DNA of 50,011 nt from Candidatus Heimdallarchaeota archaeon. Its GTDB lineage: Archaea > Asgardarchaeota > Heimdallarchaeia > Hodarchaeales > Hodarchaeaceae. The notes under the pieces are model-generated. The model had not been told where the DNA came from and made no database searches. It saw only the letters and a program-made list of their open reading frames with translations. Both the position numbers and the translations under genes were made by a program. The stretch lies in NCBI GenBank assembly GCA_019057635.1, contig DXJL01000177.1, positions 1-50,011 of the forward strand. The letters run 5' to 3'. Below are positions 38,507 to 47,747 of this stretch, one piece after another (within the stretch, counting starts at the first letter, position 1; each line of letters starts with the position of its first letter).

Positions 38507-39520
38507 CTAAAAGAAACCTTGTTCCAGTAAATTTTCCCATTTTAATTGGTCGAAAAGATAGAGAAATTCCCTAAATGTCACAACAGGCTTGAAAAATCGG
38601 ATTTTATCATCAATGGCGATGCGAGGACACGCAGTCACCACCCACGCATCAATAAAGGCAAAATTTGCTAGTACCTGAGGGTTTATATTCTCGGCTACAA
38701 CGGTTAAGTTGTTAATCTCGCGTTCCGCTAATAAAGATTGAACATTAGAAATCATTTTCCAATTATGCTGACCAAGTTTTGAACTTCCTAGGATACCCCA
38801 CTTTTGCGCCTTTTTTGCCTTAGTAAGCAATGTAAAACGCTGTTGAATTGCTTTATGATGATCCGCTTCCTCATAATTTATGATACTCCCACTATAGGGA
38901 TTAAATTGGATTAAAGGCTTATTTGTATTAAGTAAAATCCCGTGAGTATGAAAATATCCTGCATGAATACTTACAAAACCATCACAGTCTTTCATCCCTT
39001 TGTAAAGCGAGTTGACGTGACATCCCAAGATCTGTCCTGAATCATATCTAATGACTTGAAAATCATTTACTTTAAGAATTTCTTCAAAATCATCCAAACT
39101 TTTAATATGTTGAATAGTTGCAGCCAAACCGACAGTTTTCCACTTCTTTTTCGTAATTTCAGTAATGAGAGGACTATAATCCAACGCATTCGGTGGTATA
39201 TAGTAAGCTGGTACTAATATTACATCAAGAGATTCTGATGATGCAGAATTCACCTGATTCTGAAAACCAAATTGCGAATGGCCGAAGTGTATCAATAATT
39301 CACATCCAAGTTTCTTCGCTAAGTCCACTGCTAAATCACAAACCCCATAGCTAGGATCTCCTGCAACATAAACCTTAAGGTTCTCTTTTGAAAGAATTTT
39401 CTTAATTCTCTTAAGAGGTTTATCCAACATACCCTCTGGAAATTGAATTAGGACTGATTGATAGTTATTTTCCTGAATCTTTTGAACAATTTGATCAATT
39501 TCTAAATCATAATCACTCAA
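38507..39520 (-). CDS. dph2: Diphthamide biosynthesis enzyme Dph2
   Basis: IQFPEG, YGVCD, HFGHS, GQILGC, TACPRI (three Fe-S cysteines). Confidence 0.95.
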   Translation of the reverse strand: MSDYDLEIDQIVQKIQENNYQSVLIQFPEGMLDKPLKRIKKILSKENLKVYVAGDPSYGVCDLAVDLAKKLGCELLIHFGHSQFGFQNQVNSASSESLDVILVPAYYIPPNALDYSPLITEITKKKWKTVGLAATIQHIKSLDDFEEILKVNDFQVIRYDSGQILGCHVNSLYKGMKDCDGFVSIHAGYFHTHGILLNTNKPLIQFNPYSGSIINYEEADHHKAIQQRFTLLTKAKKAQKWGILGSSKLGQHNWKMISNVQSLLAEREINNLTVVAENINPQVLANFAFIDAWVVTACPRIAIDDKIRFFKPVVTFREFLYLFDQLKWENLLEQGFF

Positions 39521-39661
39521 TCAACGGTCCCTCATATGTAAATGCATCATTAAATCCTATCTAACTATAGAATTGGATTTACAGGAGGGGTAAAAATTCA
39601 TTTCCTTTACATTACTAATCTAAAAGAATTTAAAAAACATCAGAAATTTCATTGACTTACT

Positions 39662-40591
39662 TTGTTAGAAACTCTCTTAATTGATCAAGGCATTCTTTCT
39701 CCCTCTGAAAAGAGAAAATTATTATGTATGCCTGATTATTCATTTTTTAGGACGCATACACACAAGCTATATCGAGAATTTCTAGGTTTTCCACGTTATT
39801 CCGTGATTTCCCGAAAATTTACAGAAGATTTTCATAAAGAAAACGATTCACTGTCCTCCTTGGATACGCTCTTTATATGTGATGGTGCTACGGCTCAGAA
39901 TACAGCTCAATTCTTCTTCCCTATAGCAGAAAAATTAAATCTCTCTATTATTGGTACTAATCTTGATTTTACTGAATTACCAAAATTACGCTTTGAAACA
40001 CATTCTGAGGATAACTTTGAATCGTTTGGACAATATTCTCTGCTAACGGATAAGAACACACATCCTACAACTAGGAAAGGACATGATGTAGACGCGTGTA
40101 CCAGTTTTTTACCCTCTTCGAGTAATCTAACCTTAGAAAAAGGGAATGATTTTCCTACTGATCGTAAAATTGCCACTGGTATTGTTAAAGACCAGAATGA
40201 TTTTTTCCCCAAAAATTTCAACATCGCCCGTTTAAATATTGGAGATTTCATTGAGTATAGACAAATATTTACCCCCAACTGGCCTAATATGGAGGTAAAC
40301 CCTGAAGAAATCAAATCTTTGATTCTCCATGAAGTGGAAAAAGTGCTTACATCTTTCAACATCGAAGTATTGTTTATCTCTCTCTATAAACTGGCTCGTT
40401 TTTACAAATTAAGTGAAAAGTTGACTAAACCGATTGTTGAGCTTACTCATTCTATGAAACATTCGTGGAATTATTCGGAATCTATCATGGTTCACAATCC
40501 GACCCGTAGGGTATGGGAGGAAGAGTCCATTCACGCATTACCTCATTTTTTCAATTCACCGGGCTATCTCATACTTTTTAACCCATATTAA
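39662..40591 (+). CDS. Hypothetical protein
   Basis: 309 aa ORF; no confident motif. Confidence 0.6.
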   Translation: MLETLLIDQGILSPSEKRKLLCMPDYSFFRTHTHKLYREFLGFPRYSVISRKFTEDFHKENDSLSSLDTLFICDGATAQNTAQFFFPIAEKLNLSIIGTNLDFTELPKLRFETHSEDNFESFGQYSLLTDKNTHPTTRKGHDVDACTSFLPSSSNLTLEKGNDFPTDRKIATGIVKDQNDFFPKNFNIARLNIGDFIEYRQIFTPNWPNMEVNPEEIKSLILHEVEKVLTSFNIEVLFISLYKLARFYKLSEKLTKPIVELTHSMKHSWNYSESIMVHNPTRRVWEEESIHALPHFFNSPGYLILFNPY

Positions 40592-40712
40592 ATGAAAATC
40601 TCTCTTTTAGTATGAAAAATTTAGAAAATTCTGTAATATGGACATTGTTTTTGGTACATTTCATTAACAAGCATTATATTTTTATAAACAAAGAGGATCT
40701 ACCGTTAGAGAG

Positions 40713-41240
40713 GTGGATTTAAAGATGGAAGATAAACCCCTGAAGATGGAAGAGATCATTCCAACAATTGAACGAGTTAAAAACACCATCGTATCAATGG
40801 AAAACAATCTAAGCAAAACTCTGAAGGATTTAGAGGAGAAAGAGGCGGCTCTCAGAGAACGAGAAGAAAAATTAAGCCAAGCAAATTTACAAAAACAACA
40901 ACTTGAGTTTGAGTATCTATCCTTAGAAACCGAATTTAAAAAGATCTCGGAGCTATTCACTGAACTTTCTGGACAGCAAGAAACTACTCTGGATATAAAA
41001 CAACTTTTAGGAATCTATATCACATTATTAGAAAAAGTTTTCGCTGGTAAACCCCATGCGAAGATATTATATCTCCTACATGGAGATAAAGCAGATATGA
41101 CCCGTGAAGAGCTAACTAAAGCTACTGGTTTTTCTGCAGCAATCGTCCTTCATTCCCTTCATGAGCTTCACCGAGCAGAATTGATTAATTACGATGAAGA
41201 TCAAGCGAAAGCGAATCTAGTAAATAGACTCTATAAATAA
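40713..41240 (+). CDS. Coiled-coil + C-terminal winged-helix protein
   Basis: Heptad-rich aa 15-90; AKILYLLHG..MTREELTKATGFSAAIVLHSLHEL. Likely start ATG 40725. Confidence 0.75.
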   Translation: MDLKMEDKPLKMEEIIPTIERVKNTIVSMENNLSKTLKDLEEKEAALREREEKLSQANLQKQQLEFEYLSLETEFKKISELFTELSGQQETTLDIKQLLGIYITLLEKVFAGKPHAKILYLLHGDKADMTREELTKATGFSAAIVLHSLHELHRAELINYDEDQAKANLVNRLYK

Positions 41241-41293
41241 AGGCTCCAAAACAATTGGGGATAATCTGTAGGTATTATCCGCAATTATATTCT

Positions 41294-42205
41294 ATGTCGT
41301 CAAATTACCAAACTATGTTAATCGATGATTACCTAGTATGGTTAGAAGTAGAAAAAGGATATTCCTCAAAGACCATTCGGGAATATTCTTACGACCTTCA
41401 GATGTTCAATAATTTTAATAATGAAAGATCTATTGAAATGAGAACGACAACTGACTTACGTCGTTTCTTTTTGCATTTAAAGCGTGAAAAAAAATACTCA
41501 CCACGTAGTTTACATAGAAAAATATGCTCCCTTAAATCATTCTACAAATTTCTTAAAAAGGAAGCATTTATCTCATCCAACCCAGCCGAGAATATCGAAT
41601 CTCCTAAAATTCCCAAGAGTTTACCTAAAACAATTTCTGTAGAAGATACATTAAAATTACTAAATACACCTGATAGTGTACGAGATCGAACAATCTTATT
41701 TGTTCTCTATGGAACTGGAATGCGAGTATCTGAATTGAGTAATCTAGATTTAGACTGTATTGACTTAGATAGTCGTATGATAAGAATTATTGGAGGAAAG
41801 GGAAATAAAGACAGGTTGATTCCTCTACCCAATGTGCTCATCCCAATCATAGAAGAATACTTGGAGAAGCGACGTATGGATTCCTCCTCATCTGCATTGA
41901 TCTTGAATCGATCAGGCCAACGATTAACTTCACGTTCAATACAACGATTGGTAAAAAAGTACAGAGAACAAGCAAATTTCCAGGATAAGAAATTAACCCC
42001 TCATACTCTTAGACATGCCTTCGCGACACATTTACTTGCAAATTCGGTTGATATCCGTGTAATACAAGAACTACTTGGTCATGCATCCCTTTCAACAACT
42101 CAACTGTATACACATGTTAGTTTAGAGCATTTACGTAAATCATATGATCTCGGACATCCACTTTCCGAGCAAAATAAGGAAAAAGCGCCTGTTTTCGATG
42201 GGTGA
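41294..42205 (+). CDS. xerA: Tyrosine recombinase XerA (XerC/D-like)
   Basis: SAM-like N-terminus; catalytic R (GMRVSE), K (GKGNK), HTLRH, LGH, Y (TTQLYT). Confidence 0.9.
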   Translation: MSSNYQTMLIDDYLVWLEVEKGYSSKTIREYSYDLQMFNNFNNERSIEMRTTTDLRRFFLHLKREKKYSPRSLHRKICSLKSFYKFLKKEAFISSNPAENIESPKIPKSLPKTISVEDTLKLLNTPDSVRDRTILFVLYGTGMRVSELSNLDLDCIDLDSRMIRIIGGKGNKDRLIPLPNVLIPIIEEYLEKRRMDSSSSALILNRSGQRLTSRSIQRLVKKYREQANFQDKKLTPHTLRHAFATHLLANSVDIRVIQELLGHASLSTTQLYTHVSLEHLRKSYDLGHPLSEQNKEKAPVFDG

Positions 42206-42234
42206 CATAACAATTCCATCTTTCCATTGAAAGC

Positions 42235-43056
42235 GTGAAGATTAGTTTAGAGGCTCATACCATGGTTTGGGAAAGATTCCTTCCTCCTATTGGTAGTTCC
42301 AAAAAAAAAAAGGAACGAAAATTCTTCACGAAATTTGCTGAGGAACCATTATCGCAGACTTGCTACATTCACTGGTATCTAGCTCAAAAACCTAGGACTC
42401 TTCTATATAATTACTCTTTGAATCCCTATGATTACATCTTTCACTATGAAAACAAGTATCATCTGTCAAGTAGTAGAGTTTGGTCTTTAAAGAAGAAGAT
42501 TCAGTGGTTTAATACCAATTCAGTATTGATTTTTCATGATAGTTCATTGTGGCCAAGTATCCAAGAAAAATTTACGAACTTCAGATCATTGGAGACAAAC
42601 GAAAAGACTAATACATACAATACATATACTACCTACCAACTTTCAGTTGAAACGTTTAATCCAGGAAGGTTAGATCTTGATTCTGTAATTCGCTTTCCTA
42701 ATAATCGTGTTAACATTCCTAAACGATATAGACATCTGACTGGAGGGATAGCTTATGGGTATCTAAAAGGAAAGGAAATTGCTAGTTTTGCAGCTGCACC
42801 TCACATTCTTCAGAATAATGAATTTTCATTCGCAATTCTTAGGGGAATTGAAACAAAACTATTAGAACGAAAACAAGGATATTCTCAAAAAACATTAACA
42901 AAATTATGTCAGGAAATTCTTACAGATAGATTGATCAAGATGATTTTTCTCTGGGTAGAAAAATCTAATCAAGGAGCCATTCAACTCTACAAAAAATTAG
43001 GTTTTGAAGAAGATTCGACAATTTTCGCCACGTATTGTGATAGAAGAAGTAAATGA
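42235..43056 (+). CDS. GNAT acetyltransferase (C-terminal GNAT domain)
   Basis: GIETKLLERKQGYS, LWVEKSNQGAIQLYKKLGF. Confidence 0.8.
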   Translation: MKISLEAHTMVWERFLPPIGSSKKKKERKFFTKFAEEPLSQTCYIHWYLAQKPRTLLYNYSLNPYDYIFHYENKYHLSSSRVWSLKKKIQWFNTNSVLIFHDSSLWPSIQEKFTNFRSLETNEKTNTYNTYTTYQLSVETFNPGRLDLDSVIRFPNNRVNIPKRYRHLTGGIAYGYLKGKEIASFAAAPHILQNNEFSFAILRGIETKLLERKQGYSQKTLTKLCQEILTDRLIKMIFLWVEKSNQGAIQLYKKLGFEEDSTIFATYCDRRSK

Positions 43057-43075
43057 TAGAAATTAGGAAGAAGAA

Positions 43076-44431
43076 TCAATTCACTTTTTCTAGTCTTTCA
43101 GTAAAGCTAATATTCATTTCCTTCAATTCTTTCAGGATTGGTTCATAAATTGATTTCTTAACAGGAACTAATACTCCACGATCAGTAATAGTCCCATCTA
43201 AAATCATTCGAACTCCTATAGCTGCAGGTAGACCCACTGTTCTAGACATAGAACTGTCGCCATTAGGAATTCCATAATCAATCATTGTAGAGGTTATCTT
43301 TTCCATTCCAGAGTCCAATACATATTCAAACTGGTGAACCATAACTAGCATATCCCTTTCACCTGGATCATATTGGAGGTGCTCCTCAAATTGATGGCAT
43401 AGTGCGTCGAGAGGTGAAATCTTCTTTTTCGGAAGTACATCATCCCCTAAAAGGCCCATCCATTCAAATCGTCTTATAATATCATCTTTTTCTTCAATAT
43501 CGAATATAGACATCATATTCTCTTTTGCATTTGACTTTAACGGTTTATCAAGCAACTGATTGAGTAACTGTCTATATGTGAACCCTGAAGGAAACTCTTG
43601 CTCGTCGAGATTGAGATAACCTACATCAGCTATCTTTTTCATTGTTCTACACCACCCTGGATTTCGTAAAGTACCACGAATCATTGTCTTGGTTTCAGGA
43701 ATTCCGTATACATCAATATAAGGTTCTATAGAATTCCGATTGGGATATCCTTCTAATAATCCAAGCTCTTCAGTATCCCCTGGACCTTTCTCATTTACTG
43801 GAAAAGGAAGAAAATGATCAAATAAATCCTCTCCTGGAATTTTTACAACTTCTTCGTCCTTCAAATATTTAGCTGAATTACGTCCTGCTAATATGACCCC
43901 TCTCGGTGACCATGATAGTTTATACCCCCATGGATTGTTATTTGCATCAGGGGCAGGTAATCCCCCAGTATAGGAAGTGAAAGATAGGATTTTACCCCCT
44001 TTTTCATGAATAGCATCAATTATTTTTTGAGCCGACATATGATCTATACCAGGATCCACTCCTATTTCGTTTAATATTGAGATAGATGCATTTCTTGCCT
44101 TTTCATCTAATTCTCTCATCTCTGGACTCACATAGGAAGTAGTGACCATATGTTTACGATGTTTCACACAGGTTTTTGCGATTTTTACATGAAAAGTATA
44201 TGGTAAAAGACTTACAGCTAAGTCACATTCGCGAATGAGAGCTTCAAGCTCTTCAGTCGTCGCTTGAGTAATATCAAAAGCTTTAGCATTACCGTTTGGA
44301 TGATTATTTACTAGTGCTTCTGCTTTTTGTAGTGTTCGACTTGCTACAATAACTTGAAAATCTTTTTCAAGTAGGTACTTTACAGGGGGGCCAGCAACCA
44401 TTCCTGCACCGAAGATTAGTACTTTCTTCAT
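43076..44431 (-). CDS. Saccharopine dehydrogenase (glutamate-forming; Lys9 / AASS SDH domain)
   Basis: KVLIFGAGMVAGP, EIGVDPGIDH, GGLPAP, YKLSWSPRG, RGTLR, MSRTVGLPAAI. ATG 44431 follows AGGTGA. Confidence 0.93.
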   Translation of the reverse strand: MKKVLIFGAGMVAGPPVKYLLEKDFQVIVASRTLQKAEALVNNHPNGNAKAFDITQATTEELEALIRECDLAVSLLPYTFHVKIAKTCVKHRKHMVTTSYVSPEMRELDEKARNASISILNEIGVDPGIDHMSAQKIIDAIHEKGGKILSFTSYTGGLPAPDANNNPWGYKLSWSPRGVILAGRNSAKYLKDEEVVKIPGEDLFDHFLPFPVNEKGPGDTEELGLLEGYPNRNSIEPYIDVYGIPETKTMIRGTLRNPGWCRTMKKIADVGYLNLDEQEFPSGFTYRQLLNQLLDKPLKSNAKENMMSIFDIEEKDDIIRRFEWMGLLGDDVLPKKKISPLDALCHQFEEHLQYDPGERDMLVMVHQFEYVLDSGMEKITSTMIDYGIPNGDSSMSRTVGLPAAIGVRMILDGTITDRGVLVPVKKSIYEPILKELKEMNISFTERLEKVN

Positions 44432-44449
44432 ATTTATCACCTTTTTTTT

Positions 44450-45778
44450 CTACACATTCTTTAAAAATTCTTTTAAATAAGTATAATTCGGAGTGAGTTG
44501 TCCTTGATGTGCAATTACTGCATTTTTAATAACAGGAGGCAAATCTAGACTTTCAAAGGGTTTTGTATAGTCAGGTTTTGCAATGAGATCTACATATGGC
44601 TTCAAAGTTTTTGAAAAGTTCGATGACGATTCTTTAGGTAACTCACAAGGGAGGTTATCAACAGCCATTATAGCTAAACCATCACCCGATAAACCCAATT
44701 TTGCTTCTTTAGAAAATGGATTATATACAAATGCGGGATTATCAGGTTCTGTAGCCATCAATGTTGGTTCGATTCCTCCTTCAATGTCACACGAAATGTC
44801 ACCAACAACTTGTAATCTTACCATGAGTTTGGATTGAAACATATCTTTGGCATGTTCCTTGGTAAGAAGACGAGGATATTTTTCACTCCAATAGATACCA
44901 TTCATGAGGATAGATAAGTAGGGTATGTATTCTTCAAAAATTCCTTCATATTTTGATGATCCAAATTTGTAATAGTCTTGTAGGTCAAACCTGTCCCCTG
45001 TTCTGGAATTAACCATGTGTTCTTCTTTAAATACTACCTTGTAAACAGTTTTCGATGAAAACTCATCAGATCTATTTGTATGAAAATCGGCTAGCTCTTT
45101 TGGATCTAGTTCAATAACAGGCAAAAGGTCCAATATCGATTGAGCCCCTCGTGAGACGTTTCCATAACCAGCAAACCCTACTATCATGGGAACAAGTTGG
45201 GGATGTAAACCATTTTCCTTGATGTCCTTAGACACCGCTGATATGGCTTTTTTCATCCCCTCTAGTCCATTATACTCATAAGTATGCTTTAATTTTAAAA
45301 ATGGAGTCTCAATGCCATGCTGATCCTTTACTCGATGTCCGAAAGCCCATAATGTTTGGTTCATTCCTGCTAATCCGGCATAATTCCCAAAATATATCAG
45401 ACGAAATCCTTTTTCATCTATGACCTTTTCATAATCAATCAAAGTGGTTTCAAGTTCTAATATTCGTTTTAGAAGCGGCATATTGTATTTTTGGCCCTTA
45501 ACTGTATGACTGAAGAATATATAGACTTTATTAGGCTCTAATACATTCAGTGGAACCTCTTTGATGGCAAAAATTATATTTGCTTCGCTTAGATCCGTGG
45601 ACGTCTTCGCTCCAGCAGCGCGATATTCTGTATCCTCAAATGCACGGATAGGTGAAGACTGGACAATGAAATTTAGGGAATTTGAGGAAATAAGATCTTT
45701 TACATCCTTAGGAACGATAGGTGCTCTCCTTTCCCATTTATTCTTATCTTCTAAACGTATTCCTACTATATTTCCCAT
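44450..45778 (-). CDS. Lysine-ketoglutarate reductase (AASS LKR domain / lysine-forming saccharopine dehydrogenase)
   Basis: EDKNKWERRAP, FFSHTVKGQ..NMPLL, IDYEK, GYGNVSRGA, YPRLLT, DISCD, VDNLPCELP. Confidence 0.92.
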   Translation of the reverse strand: MGNIVGIRLEDKNKWERRAPIVPKDVKDLISSNSLNFIVQSSPIRAFEDTEYRAAGAKTSTDLSEANIIFAIKEVPLNVLEPNKVYIFFSHTVKGQKYNMPLLKRILELETTLIDYEKVIDEKGFRLIYFGNYAGLAGMNQTLWAFGHRVKDQHGIETPFLKLKHTYEYNGLEGMKKAISAVSKDIKENGLHPQLVPMIVGFAGYGNVSRGAQSILDLLPVIELDPKELADFHTNRSDEFSSKTVYKVVFKEEHMVNSRTGDRFDLQDYYKFGSSKYEGIFEEYIPYLSILMNGIYWSEKYPRLLTKEHAKDMFQSKLMVRLQVVGDISCDIEGGIEPTLMATEPDNPAFVYNPFSKEAKLGLSGDGLAIMAVDNLPCELPKESSSNFSKTLKPYVDLIAKPDYTKPFESLDLPPVIKNAVIAHQGQLTPNYTYLKEFLKNV

Positions 45779-45895
45779 ATCTTGTACGTCCGATAATTTG
45801 ATTCTAGAAACTTCATTCTCAGTGATTATAAGGATAGCTCCTCTTTATTCTTCAAGTAGTTATTATTAATTTCCGGATTAAGTTGAATTTATTGC

Positions 45896-45907
45896 TATTA
45901 AGCTTCT
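45896..45907 (-). promoter_or_regulatory. BRE/TATA-like promoter element upstream of LKR-SDH
   Basis: Minus-strand AGAAGCTTAATA; the same core recurs at 45998 (+) and 47450 (-). Confidence 0.4.
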
Positions 45908-45997
45908 AAAAACTGAAATATTCTCAAAATTTTTAATATTATGGTATAGAAGTTTCTCAAAGTAGAAAATTTTCTTATATTGTAACCACAACGATGG

Positions 45998-46023
45998 AAA
46001 GCTTAATATTTTTGAATATTAAG
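45998..46023 (+). promoter_or_regulatory. BRE/TATA-like element overlapped by a 9-bp inverted repeat
   Basis: AAAGCTTAATATT about 50 nt before ATG 46062; CTTAATATT-tttg-AATATTAAG. Confidence 0.5.
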
Positions 46024-46061
46024 GCTATTTAGAATTGTTATTCATCACAAAAAAACGGTAG

Positions 46062-46496
46062 ATGTCAATGACTTCAAAAAAACGTCCTATCCTACTCAGT
46101 TTGATTGCTTTATTAGAAATGCTCACTGGTCTCCTTGTTATGCTCATGGGTGGACTATTGGTCGTCCTTTCTTTCGGCCTAATAGGAGAAGATTTTAACA
46201 CGCTGTGGGAGGAAACATTTGTAGATGTATTTGGAGTGCTATTTGGTGTATTAGCGGGAGCTATCCTTTTCGTGGGTTTTTTGATATTTATTCTTGGTTA
46301 TGGGTTATGGAATTTAAATTATTCAGCTTGGATAGTGACTATGATTTTATATAGTCTAAATTTACTTTTCACTATTTTAAACTATGAATTTTATCTTGCA
46401 TTTATCCAAACTGGTAGTTTTGGTGCCTTATGGACCCCATTTATTACGATTGTACTATTCATTTATTTTCTGACAATTAGAGATCGATTCTCTTAA
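46062..46496 (+). CDS. Small four-TM membrane protein
   Basis: KRP..L..I start, GYGLWNL...AW motif, four hydrophobic helices. Confidence 0.75.
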   Translation: MSMTSKKRPILLSLIALLEMLTGLLVMLMGGLLVVLSFGLIGEDFNTLWEETFVDVFGVLFGVLAGAILFVGFLIFILGYGLWNLNYSAWIVTMILYSLNLLFTILNYEFYLAFIQTGSFGALWTPFITIVLFIYFLTIRDRFS

Positions 46497-46569
46497 GATG
46501 GGGGAATAGTCATAAACACCCTAGCAATTCAGTAATAGAAAATAAAAGAAAAAAAAGGATAAAAAACGT

Positions 46570-47283
46570 CTACCAACCATCTTGTTGGTCTGAACGTTCT
46601 TGACGATCTGATCGACCACGATAACCTGAGTTATCTCTGCCTCGAGAAGATCTACCACCACCATAAGAAGATCGGCGCTGGTCTCCACCACGATCAAATG
46701 GTCTTCGACGTCTTCTGTCCTCGTGTTGTTCTAGGGAGCGATCGTTATCTGTTTTTACGTCATCAACCGAAATTGTTTCATCTGTGTCCTCAATTGATCC
46801 CCATTTACCAAGTGCTAGGCGCATTTGGCTTTGAAATACATTTACGTATCCGTTCTTTAGGACAAAGGTTCCACCTTCAGTCACACGATCGATTGTTTCA
46901 TCCCAGAGAGTCAAAGTAATAGTTCCTGTTTCATCTCCTACCTTTAAATCGGCAAGATTATGTTCTTCATTGGTCTTTTTACTGACAATCGATCTAGGTT
47001 CACTTTTTTCAACAACACAAAACGTTACTTGAAGTTTTCTTTCAAAAGGAGCCAGATCACTAATCTTCATTACATTAAGTGCTTCTTCTGTCTCCTGTGG
47101 ATCTTTAGAGGGAGATTTTTTCTCAGTTACTTCAGATTTTTCCTCAGTTACTTCGGTTACTTCAGGTTTTTCTTCAGTCACTTCGGCTACTTCAGATTTT
47201 TCCTCAGTTTCTTCTGTCTCCTCAGGTTTTTCTTCAGATTCTTCTTCCTCTTCGTTTTCTTGAGATGCTTGATATACGTTCAT
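46570..47283 (-). CDS. ssb: Single-OB-fold ssDNA-binding protein (crenarchaeal SSB / NABP-like) with acidic N-terminus and RG-rich tail
   Basis: MKISDLAP, VGDETGTITLTLWD, KNGYVNVFQSQMRLALGKWG. Confidence 0.88.
   Translation of the reverse strand: MNVYQASQENEEEEESEEKPEETEETEEKSEVAEVTEEKPEVTEVTEEKSEVTEKKSPSKDPQETEEALNVMKISDLAPFERKLQVTFCVVEKSEPRSIVSKKTNEEHNLADLKVGDETGTITLTLWDETIDRVTEGGTFVLKNGYVNVFQSQMRLALGKWGSIEDTDETISVDDVKTDNDRSLEQHEDRRRRRPFDRGGDQRRSSYGGGRSSRGRDNSGYRGRSDRQERSDQQDGW
47131..47250 (-). repeat. Four imperfect 30-bp tandem repeats in the SSB N-terminal coding region
   Basis: Units start at 47131, 47161, 47191 and 47221 (e.g. ttcagatttttcctcagttacttcggttac) and encode VTEVTEEKSE-like decapeptides. 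Confidence 0.85.
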
Positions 47284-47449
47284 TTTTTCTCACGATATTT
47301 GAAATGGTTCACGGTAATTTTCTGATGCTAACATGGAAAAAAATTATTCAGCAGGATAAATGAGAGTAAAGTGGGTCAAGTGAACTTGTTTTTTCTTGTA
47401 ATGCAAAACAGAATGGATTTCCGTGTGATGTACAATAAAAAAAAACTAA

Positions 47450-47462
47450 AATATTAAGCTTT
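47450..47462 (-). promoter_or_regulatory. BRE/TATA-like promoter element upstream of ssb
   Basis: Minus-strand AAAGCTTAATATT, identical to 45998-46010. Confidence 0.45.
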
Positions 47463-47747
47463 TGATATTTTATGCATAAAATCTAGCAACAACCAAGAAA
47501 AATTAAAATGTGCATTTTTATCTAATCGTTGATTTAAAAGGATTTTAGCGGTATAGAAAAAAATTCATCATAAACGAAAGCCTACTAAAAATTTTTATCT
47601 AATCGAAATAATCAGTGTGGACAGATTCTAAAAACCGAGAAAGGTATTTTTAAAACTTAAATGTATTTAGAAGGAGTGTTTAGTATGAAACAATTAAATA
47701 AGCTATCATTTCTTTCTTTTTTTTTATAATTAAAAACTGGCGATCTA

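Noticed and set aside
39662-40591. Alkaline-phosphatase/PglZ-like enzyme suggested by LFICDG
   Set aside because: The other metal-binding motifs (e.g. TSDHG-like) are not recognisable, so it is left as hypothetical.
41294-42205. Tyrosine recombinase as the integrase of a mobile element
   Set aside because: Sequence and size fit housekeeping XerA. No att repeats, tRNA target or cargo genes were seen, and I could not identify a dif site.
47131-47250. 30-bp repeats as a CRISPR array
   Set aside because: They are contiguous in-frame coding repeats with no spacers, and there are no cas genes.
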